From: Stramenopiles sp. TOSAG23-6
Lineage: Eukaryota
Reading direction: 5' to 3'
Assembly (NCBI GenBank): GCA_900128565.1
Contig: LT635952.1
Span: 1-34,124 of the forward strand
Length of the DNA stretch: 34,124 nucleotides
Shown: in pieces, positions 1-11,182 of the stretch
Position numbering within the stretch: the first letter of the stretch is position 1
Layout: every line of letters starts with the position of its first letter
The notes under the pieces: generated by a model
The model's input: the letters and a program-made list of their open reading frames with translations, nothing else
What the model was told of the DNA's origin: nothing
Databases searched by the model: none
Program-made: the position numbers and the translations under genes

Positions 1-53
1 ATTTCGTACGAAAAAAAATCGATTTTTTTGTTTAAAAAAAAAATAAAACATAC
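1..53 (-). other. Truncated copy of the repeat-family intron (5' half); mirror 34072..34124
   Basis: T|GTATGTTTTATTTT...AAAAAAATCGATTTTTTTTCGTACGAAAT; the window ends inside the CGTACG palindromic core. Confidence 0.85.
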
Positions 54-821
54 ATTCGTTTGTTCTTTTGTATTCCTATGTCTACGATTTTGTTTTTTTT
101 CATTTTTTTCATCTTCCCATCGATTGAATAATTTGATACAACGAACATCATTTTCAGATAAATTATTTCCATTATATTTATCAACCATGGAATCATTTTG
201 ATGATGATGATGGCGATGATGATTTTTACGATTTTTATCAGTTTTATCCACTTTAGTAGATTTTCTTGGACTCGTAATAAAATGTTTAAACGAATTCCAC
301 AATCCAATTACTTGTTTCTCCTCCTTTATGAGGAATTGTTTTGCTTTGGACTCCAAAATATTTGCGTCTTTTGTTACTTCGTCTTCAATTGCTTGAACCT
401 CGTCTACAATTGCATGCTCTATTTTTTGAAGGGCAGACATAGAACCAATAGAATTGGGTGTTAATTGGTGCTGGTTATGTTGATGATGGTGTTTCGAATG
501 ATGATGATGTTGATGATGGTGTTCCGGTTGATCAACTGAATGTTTTCGATGATGATGATGATGATGAGATTTCTTTTCTTTTTCTTCTTGAAGGCTTTTG
601 GGCTTTTTCTTCTTTTTCTTGCTTCTTCTTGTGAATGACATTGTCTTTGTGGCTCGTTTCCAAATTGAAGGATTTCCCGTGGTCGCAAAACCTCGTATTG
701 TTCCGCCACCAGCGCTTACTTTTGTGTCAACCTGTGGGTATTTTTTCCCGTTGTAACTACGCGTCTCACTGACTGTTGTTGTTGTAGTATATTCTGTTGT
801 CTTTCCCTCTTCTTCTTGCAT
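54..821 (-). CDS. First exon (256 codons) of an unknown low-complexity, His/Lys-rich protein; continues beyond window
   Basis: Manual translation from ATG at 821: MQEEEGKTTEYTTTTTVSE...KSHHHHHHRKH...RHHHHQND...KEQTN, with no stop before a family-intron donor GTATGTTTT at 53. Absent from the ORF track, probably because it has no stop inside the window. Confidence 0.7.
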
Positions 822-905
822 TCTATCTCTGTTTTTTATTTCTTTTTTTATAATTGGGATATATCCTCAGTAAATCTCTCAATTGAAATATATTAGTCGG
901 ATGCT

Positions 906-957
906 GGTGTACTAATATTCTTAGTATATGCGGTGTACTAATATTCTTAGTATATGC
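906..957. repeat. Perfect 26-nt tandem duplication in divergent intergenic region
   Basis: GGTGTACTAATATTCTTAGTATATGC x2; each unit contains TACTAA/TTAGTA inverted arms. Confidence 0.9.
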
Positions 958-1329
958 GATAAGAAGATACGATAAAATGAGTACTGTATATTGTAACGTC
1001 TATCCAAAAACCTCCGGAAAGAACTGAAGAAAAGCGAAAGGATAACGGAAGAAACGACGGAGATATTTGTAATCTAATAACGACAAACCTGTTCCAAATT
1101 TAAATTTTCTCTTTTCTCCAACCTTTGAAACGCATTTCAATTTGTTCAAAATTTGAATTTCGAAAATCGAATAAGTGAAAATTTAATCAAGAGAATAAAA
1201 AATTTGAATGGAATCAAAAAATTCTCTTTCTATTAGGGAAAAATAATCATCAGGAATAGCAGCGTATTTTTACAATAAATTGGTGAATTATACTCTAGAA
1301 GCTTTACAAGTGTGCAAGTCTGAGTCTCA

Positions 1330-2695
1330 ATGAGCTCACTAGATTTCTTTGTCGTCATGATGTGTCTACGATTGACGATTCCATCTTCATCAAAACATAG
1401 CGTATTCAAAGACCTACATGCCCAATCTCTTGCATGCGCTAGTTATGAAACAGATAACATTGTATGGAATCAAATGATAATGGAAGCTGGTCCAACAGCT
1501 CTTGAATTGCCAATTAAGATAGCACACCCTTCAAACTCTAGTAACTCACAAAAATGGGACAAAGCCGGTATTTTGATAGAGCCACGCAGCCATCCTTGTA
1601 TAGGAATTGTTGTTCGCTCGGTGATGTTTTATCTTGGACCTAATTGGGGTTTACAAATATTCCACGGGCCAGATAATCTACAATTTATAAGAGATAATTT
1701 GTCCCTAAATTGTTCTGTGACTACTAATAGTTGCACTTATAACAAAGCTATACTCAAAAGGATTAAATTTACAAATTTATATAATGTATATAAAAGTATG
1801 CAATCAAATACTTGGCCTTTATGGCTTCAGAATAAATGGGCCTCTTGGGTATCGCTACAGGAAAAAGAGAATGAAAGCAGCGGGCATTGGAATCTTCATC
1901 GTAGGGTGTATGTTTTCATCATGAATTTCAAATTTTTGTTTCGTACGAAATTTTGTACCTAAGAAAAATTTAAATTTGATATATTTTTTCACAATACATA
2001 TATAGTCAAATTCTTCTTGATATGAAGTTTTGGGAGAAAGTTAGTGCTGATACAGTTTTAATATTCCAAACTGATTCCTTCCTTTGCCGTTTTGGAATTG
2101 AAAAATATAAAGATTTTGACTATGTAGTACGTTCTTCACTTTATTTCATATTTTTTTTGTTGTATACCCAGCTAACGAAATTAGAATTTAAAATATTTTT
2201 TTTTGTATATACCTAACGGATTTATAATTTAAAATATATTTTTTCAGATTTCATGGCTCTCCCTGGAAATTATGTTTCAACAACCCTAGCAGCTATCTCT
2301 GTGTTGGAGGAAACGGGGGTCTTTCTCTTCGAAAGACTTCAGCAATGAAGCATTTAATTACAAATGGAGTAAGAACACTAGAAATGGAAGACTGTATGTT
2401 TTATTTTTTTTCAAATTCTAATTTTTTTTTCGTACGAAATTTTGTACACCAATTTGCTGATTGGTTGCATAGGTCAAAAAAACAAAAATTTACTTTGTTA
2501 CCATTTGAAACTGCACAAAATGTTTTTGTTGAAGAAATTGTACCAAAAAATACTAATAAATTACCAATTCTGGGTATACATAAAGTCTTCAAATATATAA
2601 ATAGTAATAGTATGAGTATGTTACTCCAGTCATGTATGTCAGAACTTAGAAAACCTCAAAACTTTAAAAAGGATGGAGAATTATCAGAATTATAA
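1330..2695 (+). CDS. DUF5672-like (putative glycosyltransferase-fold) protein, 4 exons: 1330-1907, 2000-2126, 2255-2393, 2448-2695
   Basis: Joined exons give LIEPR..., W.LQIFHG.DN, YSQILL..KFW, VLIFQTDS, DFDYVGSPW, GGNGGLSLRK, MEDY, GIHK, motifs I recognise from DUF5672 proteins. Start codon uncertain. Confidence 0.7.
1908..1999 (+). other. Repeat-family non-canonical intron (GT...AT, 92 nt); mirror 32126..32217
   Basis: agg gt|GTATGTTTTC...TTTCGTACGAAATTTTGTACCTAAG...TTTTTCACAATACAT|a tat agt gives R-V-Y-S-Q. An in-frame TAG acceptor 6 nt downstream would delete YS. Confidence 0.75.
2127..2254 (+). other. Repeat-family non-canonical intron (GT...AT, 128 nt); mirror 31871..31998
   Basis: tat gta|GTACGTT...ATACCTAACG...TTTTCAGATTTCAT|ggc tct ccc tgg restores DYVGSPW. 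The nearby CAG (7 nt upstream) is out of frame. Confidence 0.8.
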
Positions 2696-2900
2696 ATGAA
2701 AATATTTAATATTTTTAATTAAGTTTACCATATGTTTGTGAATTTCAAATTTATTTAGCCGTGGTCAAATTTTTTTTTTGACTTTCGTCCCAGTCAGGAC
2801 TCCGGAGGTCAAAAAAAATATCAAACACGAACACGAGAGATAAAAAAGCAATGCAATTATTTCTTTTCAATAAAATGCAGTAGCTAATTTCACGACAATA

Positions 2901-4734
2901 ATGCCAGTCTTGAATAATGCTACCTCACCAATTGTTGGAAAGCAAAAGCGTTCTATTCTTTTTGTATGTGACTTTTTTTACCCTAGATTAGGTGGGGTAG
3001 AAATGCACGTCTTTAGTCTTGCTCAGTGCCTTTTAAAACGAGGACATAAAGTCGTGATTTTGACACATAATTACGAAAATCGTGTAGGTGTGCGTTACAT
3101 GGTCAACGGTCTCAAAGTGTATTATGCTCCCCTTGCAGTAATGGCAGATCAATGTACTTTCCCCACACTGTATGGATTTTTCCCTTTGTTTCGTCAGATT
3201 CTTATTCGGGAAAAAATAGACATTGTGCATGGTCACCAGGCAACATCTCAGTTAACTCATGAGTGCATACTTCATGCTCAAACTATGTCATACAAAGTTG
3301 TGTATACGGATCATTCGCTTTTTGGTTTTGCGGATCTCGCAAGCATTCACGCAAATAAAGTCCTTTCCTTTACTCTATGTAATATTGATCACGCAATATG
3401 TGTTTCACACACCTGTCGGGAAAATTTAGTATTACGGGCATCACTTGCGCCTGAAATAGTATCCGCAATTCCTAATGCTGTAGATTCATCAAAATTCACC
3501 CCTGATTTTGAAAAGCCACACTTTACGAAGTTTCCTACTGAATCAGATGTAATTAATGTTGTCGTAATTAGCAGAATGGCATTTAGGAAAGGTATTGATT
3601 TACTTGTGCAAATGATACCTCTTGTATGTCGTGATTGTCCTAATGTTCATTTTATTATTGGAGGCGATGGTCCGAAACGATTGCTTCTCGAGGAAATGAG
3701 AGAAAAAGAATGTTTGTTTTCATCATTCATTTCAAAAAAACAAATTCGTACCAAATTCCGTACCTAACGAAATTCGAATTTGAAATATTTTTCATCAAAA
3801 TATGTCTACAAGATAGAATAGAAATATTAGGCTCAGTGCCACACCGAAATGTTCGAGATGTTTTAGTGAGAGGTCATATATTTCTAAATTGTAGTCTGAC
3901 AGAATCTTTTTGTATCGCAATTCTTGAAGCTGCTTCTTGTACGTTTTCACCAATACGAATTTCAAATTCTGTTTTTTTTTCGTACTAAATTTTGTACCTA
4001 AGGGTTTTTTTGGGGTTTTATTGTAGTAATATACTTAACAAAAAAATCGAATCTATTGTATACATATTCTTTCACAATATATGTGGTCTTTATGTAGTTT
4101 CAACAAAAGTAGGAGGAGTACCAGAAGTCTTACCACCAGAAATGATCAGTTTTTCTTCACCAAACGCTGCCGATTTATCTCAAACATTGCAACGATCTTT
4201 CAAAAATCTTGCTTTCGTCGATGTACATTTTCAAAATTAAATTTTCAAAATTTCAAAATTTTTTTTTTGTAAGTAGAAACTTTCATACCTAACAAAATAT
4301 TTTTACTGAAAAAAATATTTTTTCACAACATATCGCGCTCATTTTCATGAATCTTTAACTACAATGTATAATTGGGAAAATGTTGCGGAACGTACTGAAA
4401 TTGTATATGATCGAGTGGTACCTTTTTTATTTCAAATTTCAATTTTTTTTTTTTTATACGAAATTTCGTACGTAACATTTTTTTTTTTTCGAAATATTTT
4501 TTCACAATACGTATAAATCTTCCGACTACATCGGTATTGAAAAGATTTCAAACATATAGTCAAATTGGAACTATTTTTGGTCCACTTTGTTGCATTATTA
4601 TTGTAATTGATTATCTATTTTTGAAAATTTTAGAGATTTTAATGCCAACAGAACTTGTTGAAATTGCACCAAATTTGACAATATCGATGTTAGGGTATAA
4701 ACAAAACATGGAAAGCAAAGAAAAGTATAAATAG
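2901..4734 (+). CDS. PIGA: Phosphatidylinositol N-acetylglucosaminyltransferase subunit A (GPI anchor biosynthesis), 5 exons: 2901-3711, 3804-3938, 4083-4222, 4334-4417, 4513-4734
   Basis: [115 protein letters not shown], and a C-terminal hydrophobic segment. Confidence 0.97.
3712..3803 (+). other. Repeat-family non-canonical intron (GT...AT, 92 nt); mirror 30284..30375
   Basis: gaa t|GTTTGTTTTC...TTCGTACCAAATTCCGTACCTAACG...TGAAATATTTTTCATCAAAATAT|gt cta caa gat gives EKECLQDRIE. No AG in the insert; a downstream in-frame AAG would delete 3 codons. Confidence 0.75.
3939..4082 (+). other. Repeat-family non-canonical intron (GT...AT, 144 nt); mirror 30005..30148
   Basis: tct t|GTACGTTTTC...TTTCGTACTAAATTTTGTACCTAAG...TTTCACAATATAT|gt ggt ctt restores [12 protein letters not shown]. 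Contains an in-frame TAA, and the internal AGs are out of frame. Confidence 0.85.
4223..4333 (+). other. Repeat-family non-canonical intron (GT...AT, 111 nt); mirror 29754..29864
   Basis: gtc gat|GTACATTTTC...CATACCTAAC...AAATATTTTTTCACAACATAT|cgc gct cat ttt cat. There is no AG between CCTAAC and the last codon of the conserved next exon, and the upstream AGs (4273, 4276) run into stops. Confidence 0.85.
4418..4512 (+). other. Repeat-family non-canonical intron (GT...GT, 95 nt); mirror 29575..29669
   Basis: cga gtg|GTACCTTTT...TACGAAATTTCGTACGTAAC...GAAATATTTTTTCACAATACGT|ata aat. No AG in the insert and the next two AGs are out of frame. Confidence 0.8.
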
Positions 4735-4863
4735 GACAATTTCTAATTTCAATTGTGAGCTTTTGGTAAGCTAAGGTGTTCTACATGCAATACTTAAATA
4801 TACTTAAATATAAATAATACAAATGAAGAATGTTTTTACTTGAAAATTATTTTTTTAAACATT

Positions 4864-7024
4864 TTACTGTTGGTATGCATTTATCACCATTTGTAGTAAT
4901 TCCGCTATTCTAGAGTCATTCCTTGCAATCTTTGCCTTTACTGTATTAATCTTTGTCATTTGATCTTTTATTGATTTTTCTTGCGCTTCCAATTCAGCAT
5001 ACAAACCTTTTATTTCATCTTCTTGTGATCGTTCAATGTCTTCGAATTCAGCCGTATATTTTTCATACTCACAACGCCATTGTATTAATTCTTTTTTCAT
5101 CATTTCCATATCTTCATGAACAAAATCCATGTACTGTTAAAAAATATATATTTTTTAAATTTGTTAGGTACAAAATTGAGTACGAAAAAAAAAACATAAA
5201 TTCAAAATTGAAAAACAAAACATACATGCACTTACCTAAAGGATTAGTACTTTTGCACAATTTCTGTATACCTATACGTAATTCTTTGACATTCACTGTG
5301 GTTTTTTTTCTACCTGATTTTTGTTTTTTTCCGACTCTTCCCATACGAATTCCTTTTTTCTGTGATGTTTTCTTTGATTCAGAATTTTCTGCACGTTTAG
5401 CTTCATCTGCCCTATTGGTTTCAGCGGCCTCAATTTCTCTTACAAGCTTAGATTTATTACCACCGTAATCATCAGCTTGGGAATCTAAACGAAAGTCATC
5501 ATTTTTAGACTCTTTTTGTTCATCATCAGAATCATCCTCTGAATCTTTGGCATCTTCAGTAATCACATTACCCACTTCAGCATCTGGATCAATATTTTTG
5601 AGATCAGATACTTTGCGCACATTCTCTCTTACTGTAGGAGGTCTCCTACGGGCAGTTGTAGGTCTTGCAAGACGTTGTGTCCTTGGTCTTTCAGATGGTG
5701 CTTCGAATTCTGTAGCACTACTCTTCTTTTTCGATTTCGAAGGTCGCCTTGGCTTGGAAGGCACATCTTGTTTTGTATCCATATCTACATCAGATATTCG
5801 CGAATTTTGTGATTCCTTTTCTTCCCGTGTTGATGAATGTGCCATTGCCGACAATGATGAATCTGTATTTTGAATACGAGAAGTACTCGAGTTAGTGTTT
5901 GACGAAATATCAGTACTACCAGTAGCAGCTACAACTAAATATTCTAGAAAACGTCGAGTTTTTTCAGTCTCTTTACCCGCGACTACTTTTGATAAATTAA
6001 TATCACAAATTACACCTAAATCTGCATTCACTGCATCTACGATTTTTTGTAAATATCCTATTTTCATTTCTTTCCCTTTAATAGCCTTTGAATTTTTCTC
6101 ATCGTCACCATAAAGTTCTGTTTGATAATTTCGCGCATTGCATATATTAGTAATCACATCAAATAAGAAACGAAATGGAGGTTTTCCGAGTAATTTATCA
6201 CTTAATCTTGGTTTTGATATGATTGCGGATATTCTTTCCCTACATTCTTCAAGATCCCCAGTCAAAACACTTAGGTCCAATTGTTCATCACTGTGTTTTG
6301 AACTTTGATGTTTTGGTGTAGAGTCTGCTTCAGAAAATTTTGACATTTCGGGAGATTGGGGGCGACGTGACTCAATTTGATGTTTCCCTTCATCTTTACT
6401 TTCTCGTTCACGGGAACCTGTTTCTACAGTATTCTTAAGATCAAAATCTGATTGCTCTTGTGATGGTGGAGCATCCTCTGGCTCTTGTATACGTTCACGA
6501 CNTTTTTTAGGCTTTTTTGGTTCAGATTCTAGTGTCGATTTACTTTCTTCTAGAGATATTTTTCCTTCTGTTGATCCTTTCTTACTAGAAGACTGTTTCA
6601 TTATGCGCCCGCCGCCACTCCCAGGAGTTTCCCCATTCAGTACCCGTTCGACTAATGGATCGTTATCTGAGGCAGATTCTTTGGCACAAATGGCGAGTTG
6701 CTGAAGGAATCCGTTTGTTCTCTCAGGTTCTTTGCCTGCAACAACTTTATTTGGATTCACATCTACTGGTGTGCCTTGGGCAAGACCTACTAAAGCTATT
6801 ATTTTGTTAAGATACGCAATTTTTGGACCTTTCCCTCGAATTGCTTTACCATTTAACTCTTCACCTTCATATAAACCTTCACCGAACCCCGTTTCCTTAT
6901 TTACATTCGAAATGATATCGTGTAGGAACCTAAATGGGGGTTTTCCAAGTAGTTTATCCGACATTTTTGGCTTGAAAATGAGCCCATCAAAGTGTTGCCT
7001 TGTTTCGTTGATGATATCTTCCAT
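4864..7024 (-). CDS. IFT54: Intraflagellar transport protein 54 / TRAF3-interacting protein 1 (MIP-T3), 2 exons: 7024-5226, 5128-4864
   Basis: KPKMSDKLLGKPPFRFLHDII, KVVAGKEPERTN.FLQ, RPTTARRRPP, IQKLCKSTNPLGKCMDFVHEDME.MKKEL, and a C-terminal coiled coil. Confidence 0.93.
5129..5225 (-). other. Repeat-family non-canonical intron (GT...AT, 97 nt); mirror 28862..28958
   Basis: tgc at|GTATGTTTT...TTTCGTACTCAATTTTGTACCTAAC...TTTTAACAGTACAT|g gat ttt restores PLGKCMDFV. The CAG 5 nt upstream of the end is out of frame. Confidence 0.85.
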
Positions 7025-7190
7025 GGTGTAATGTATCGGAAATGAAGTACGTAATTTGTGGGTAAAAGAAAAACACACAAGTTTTGTCGTATCTCAAAAC
7101 ACAGAAGGGATAAACGTTAAAAAAAACGATTTGTAAAAGTAACCGTCGACAAAAAAAAAAAAAAGAAAAATACACGAAATATCAAAGCAT

Positions 7191-9891
7191 TTATAAAAAT
7201 TTTACTTTTGCACTACCGGCGGCGTGCTTGTTTGCAGCTGTACTACTGCCATAACACCAAACATTAGATTGTTTAGCAATTCTTGTACCAAATTGAATAG
7301 CTCGTTTTGGTAGGCTAGCAGCTGTATCTAATCCTAAAATTCGAGCAACATCTCGAATAATCAATTTATCGCCCATGCCACGTGGCAATGAAAAATCTAC
7401 AATAATATCCAATGGAAGAGATCGAAGTAAACAAGTCACATTTTCATCTAAAAAAGGAAATCTTGCCTCTCTGCCATGAACAGAAAGTATGCGATCATCT
7501 CTTCCGAAATTTCTTTGCCACATGTATTGTGAAAAATATTTCAAAAAAAATCGTTAGGTACAAAATGTCGTATGAAAAAAAAATTGAAATTCAGGATGAA
7601 AACGTACATTCGACACTGATCAAGATTTAATTCTCTCGCCAATCCCATTCTGCCATTTTGTGTATATGCAAATTTGTGCCTTCCGTACCCACCTGCGTAT
7701 TCATCAGCACCAGTACCAGTAAGTAAAACACGCGCACAACTTTGATACGAAACGTCATTTTTTGTTTCAATATTTTGTTTTTTTGATGTGTCAATTTTCA
7801 TATTTTCAACATTTTTTGTTTCAAGTTTTTGTTTTTTTGATGTGTCAATTTTCATATTTTTATTATTTGGATTTGTTGTCTTTTTCTTATTTTTTCTTTT
7901 TTTCATCTTTTTTACAAGTTGTTTTGCATGACTTCGACAGAAAATGACTTCGTTTTTAAGAATACCACTGTTTATACCTTGATCTGCTGCATTTGAGTAT
8001 GCAGAAATATCAATATCCAAGTGTTCTAAATTTGTTTTTGCAGAAAATTCCAAAAACTTAGTATTGTGTTTTTCATTGTTATTATTTGTTTTCATTTCTG
8101 AAAGAAATACTTGACGAAGTAAAGTATGTGTACGATGACAACACGAAATGCAACATAAGAACTCACAATCAGCATGTGGATTTTTTTTGCAATTCTTCCC
8201 TTTGATAAAACGACCATGGCATTGAGCTGAATATTGTTTCGATGTCATTGTATTTTTTGTATGACTATTTTCTTTATCATTAGAATGATCATCACTCAGT
8301 CCTGTAGCATTAGATATTTGATTGCATTGTCTCATTTTGTTTCTCCTATTTATTCTGTTTTGTCTACTTTTCTCATCAACTAGAACTAACTCACGTATTT
8401 TTGTTTCTGTATGAATATTATTTACATCATTTATAGCATCCAAGTATTTTGGAAAAATATTTCAAAAAACAATTCGTTAGGTACAAAATTTCGTACGCAA
8501 AATAAATTCGATTTTTTTGTTAAAAAAAAAAATAAAACATACAAGTGACGGTTTAATTCAGATATATTTGTAATTATTCCTCCAGTTGCTAAACCTTTTG
8601 ATGCAAACCATAAAGCAGCACCAATATTAAAATCCATATTTGACGTTTTAGGATGAATAAGTTGTTCTATAGTTTTCGATTCTTTTCGGACATTTTCAAA
8701 AGTTTCATTGCATAAGAGAAGTCTAAGTGTTGTTGTTGTTCTTGTTGTATTGTTTTGGTTTTTATCTTTGATATGTTTTTGATGCCATAGTCCAAGTAAT
8801 TTGCTAAATCCGAATAGTGCACTTTTTCGATCAGGGGAAAGAAACATTGATTCCGAGTCAAAACAAACATTAATTAAATCTAAGGGTTCATTGCTTGGCA
8901 TTAGATCTATGCATAATGCAGCTATAATCATTGAATCTAAGCCACCGGAAAATAAAATCCCGATACGTGCAGGTGAAAAATGAGAATCTGATTCAGAAGA
9001 AGAACGACAATCTATAGGAAATTTATGTGAAGCTAAATTAGAAATTCGTTTTGCCACTGAAGATTTCAAGGCCTCTAATAGTAAATCTGCTGCAGTTGTA
9101 CGTGGGAGTAGTCTATTACGAATTGGCAGTTGGCTAAAAGTAAGGTTTTGTGTCCACTTGTGAAGTTTTACCTCAAGAGGAACAATTAAACAACCTTGAT
9201 CATTTAGTGAGAGATGAACACTAAAAATTCCAAGTGGTGGAATTTCTAACCATTTTCTTGTTGTCGTTGGTGAATTAACAATATCTGTTGGACTAACAGA
9301 TGCTATGAATAAGTCGTTCATCATACCAGCCCGAAAAACAGTAGAGTCAACATCATTATCAGTTGAGAGAACATCATTATCAGTTGAATTTAAGGATTTT
9401 GTTGATTGCTCTTGAAATATACCAGGAGATGCCATTAGACTACGCCGACCTCTAGGATCGCGACCAAAATATAAAGTTCCTGCAGGGTTTGAATTAGTAC
9501 CAACAATATGTTTTTCAGGCTTCCAATAAACAAACGACCAAGGGCCGTATATACTTCCCATTATTGCGACTATTTCCTCTGGTGTGTTGCTGGCACTGAG
9601 CTGCTCTAAGACGCATATGGTATCGTTTTTGTTCGGCCCAACATGTAAGCCACCAAATACTTCCCCATTCCAGAGGAGAGCATTGCCTCTATTATCTACT
9701 AGTGGTTGTTTAGTAGGACCAGTGGAACCCCTGAGATGTAAAACACAAGCAGCTAACTGTAAAGCTCCACCGAGTTCATTGCACCTGCCAGTAGAGTCTG
9801 GACCACGGGGTTCTATCACACGTAATGACTTTGTTATTGAAGCAGTGACTGTTTCAGGATTTTCTGAAATAGCTGCAGCAATGCCACACAT
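7191..9891 (-). CDS. ASNSD1: Asparagine synthetase domain-containing protein 1-like (Ntn glutamine amidotransferase plus synthetase domain), 3 exons: 9891-8543, 8441-7608, 7521-7191
   Basis: MCGI start, [111 protein letters not shown]. Confidence 0.93.
7522..7607 (-). other. Repeat-family non-canonical intron (GT...AT, 86 nt); mirror 26480..26565
   Basis: cga at|GTACGTTTTC...CATACGACATTTTGTACCTAACG...TGAAATATTTTTCACAATACAT|g tgg caa aga gives [12 protein letters not shown]. No AG in the insert. Confidence 0.85.
7756..7860 (-). repeat. 54-nt in-frame tandem duplication within ASNSD1 insert
   Basis: [18 protein letters not shown] / [17 protein letters not shown]. Confidence 0.9.
8442..8542 (-). 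other. Repeat-family non-canonical intron (GT...TT, 101 nt); mirror 25545..25645
   Basis: cac tt|GTATGTTTT...AAAAAAATCGAATTT...CGTACGAAATTTTGTACCTAACG...TGAAATATTTTTCCAAAATACTT|g gat gct joins the two long ORFs in frame. No AG in the insert. Confidence 0.8.
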
Positions 9892-10182
9892 AATAAAAAA
9901 TAATTCCCTTCTCTGGAACAAGTCGAACCAAATTGAGATTATCTTGTACAGTACTACGAGAATCTAGGAAGTAATTAAAAATTGATCTGACTCGACTGTT
10001 TTTTTTTTTTTCTCAAAAATCTAATTGAAGCAGGTTTGCGCTTTTTTTTTCGTGGTTTTCGTGTTATCATTTCAGCACAAAGACGAGCTTGAAAAAATGC
10101 TCTTCTTGCGTGTCGCTTTTTCCCTTGTGGTGCGGTTTGTCTTGCTGTTGTTTATCCAGGCCCAAACAAACATTTAAAGAAG

Positions 10183-10680
10183 ATGCCACATACCAAAGGT
10201 TACCGCGCAGCTACGCGTGACTTGTTCTGTAACAAGTTCCGCCAGGATGGTTTGATCAACATGACCACGTATAACACCGTATACAAGGTTGGAGATTACG
10301 TTGACATTAAGTGTAACGCTAAGGTCCAAAAAGGTATGCCACACAAGTTCTACCACGGCCGTACTGGTGTCATCTACAATGTCACCAAGGCTGCTGTTGG
10401 TGTTGTTGTCAACAAGAACGTTAATGGTCGCATCCTTAAGAAGCGCGTCAACCTCCGTGTTGAACACGTTCACCACTCTAAGTGCCGGGATGAACTTATC
10501 AGCCGTGTTAAGTCTAATGAACTCATCAAGAACACTCGCAAAGCTAAAGGAGTATCTCCAAAGGATGCTCCAGTATGCTTGAAACGTACACCTGTACTCC
10601 CACAAGCTGGTAAAATCATCAAGATGAAAGGAAAGAAGGCTAAAATCCTTTATCCTGTTCGTTACGAATTTGTCGTCTAA
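10183..10680 (+). CDS. RPL21: 60S ribosomal protein L21 (eL21)
   Basis: GYR..TRDLF, YKVGDYVDIK.N..VQKGMPHKFYHGRTG, VNK.V.GRI..KR.N.RVEHV.HSKCR. Confidence 0.98.
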   Translation: MPHTKGYRAATRDLFCNKFRQDGLINMTTYNTVYKVGDYVDIKCNAKVQKGMPHKFYHGRTGVIYNVTKAAVGVVVNKNVNGRILKKRVNLRVEHVHHSKCRDELISRVKSNELIKNTRKAKGVSPKDAPVCLKRTPVLPQAGKIIKMKGKKAKILYPVRYEFVV

Positions 10681-11182
10681 ATGTTGTTATCGTGAGATGA
10701 CTCTAGTCTTCTCTAAGTGTTTGCGACGTTTACCAACGTCGTTGGAGATTTTTTGTCTTTTTACTTAATGAATACATGCGTAGACACTAAATGAATACAC
10801 GTAAAGTGTTTAATTTGGTGATAATCTGCACTGCGAAATACCGAAAAGTCAAATAAAAATACACACCTGGAAAAAAGTTTTTTTTATTGCGTATATTTTT
10901 GTTAATTTTTCATCTTTTGATAGTCGTCGTGACTCTTTCACTTTTATGCATACTTTCCGAAATATCAACTTGTGACGTAAGATAATGTTTTATCGTGTGT
11001 TGTTGTAATGTTTCGTTTCCTTTAGTAGTATAGATTAATTGTATCAAATTTGGGATTTTGGGATTTTTTTTATGCAAAAAATATTTCAACTTCCTAAATT
11101 TTTTTGTGCTACATTTTCAATAACTACAACACATACATATAAATATAGTAGTTGTTTATTGTATAAAGCAATTAATATAATG

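Noticed and set aside
2901-9891. PIGA, IFT54 and ASNSD1 as transposon-disrupted pseudogenes
   Set aside because: Exons are free of stops and frameshifts, keep catalytic motifs, and rejoin in frame under one rule.
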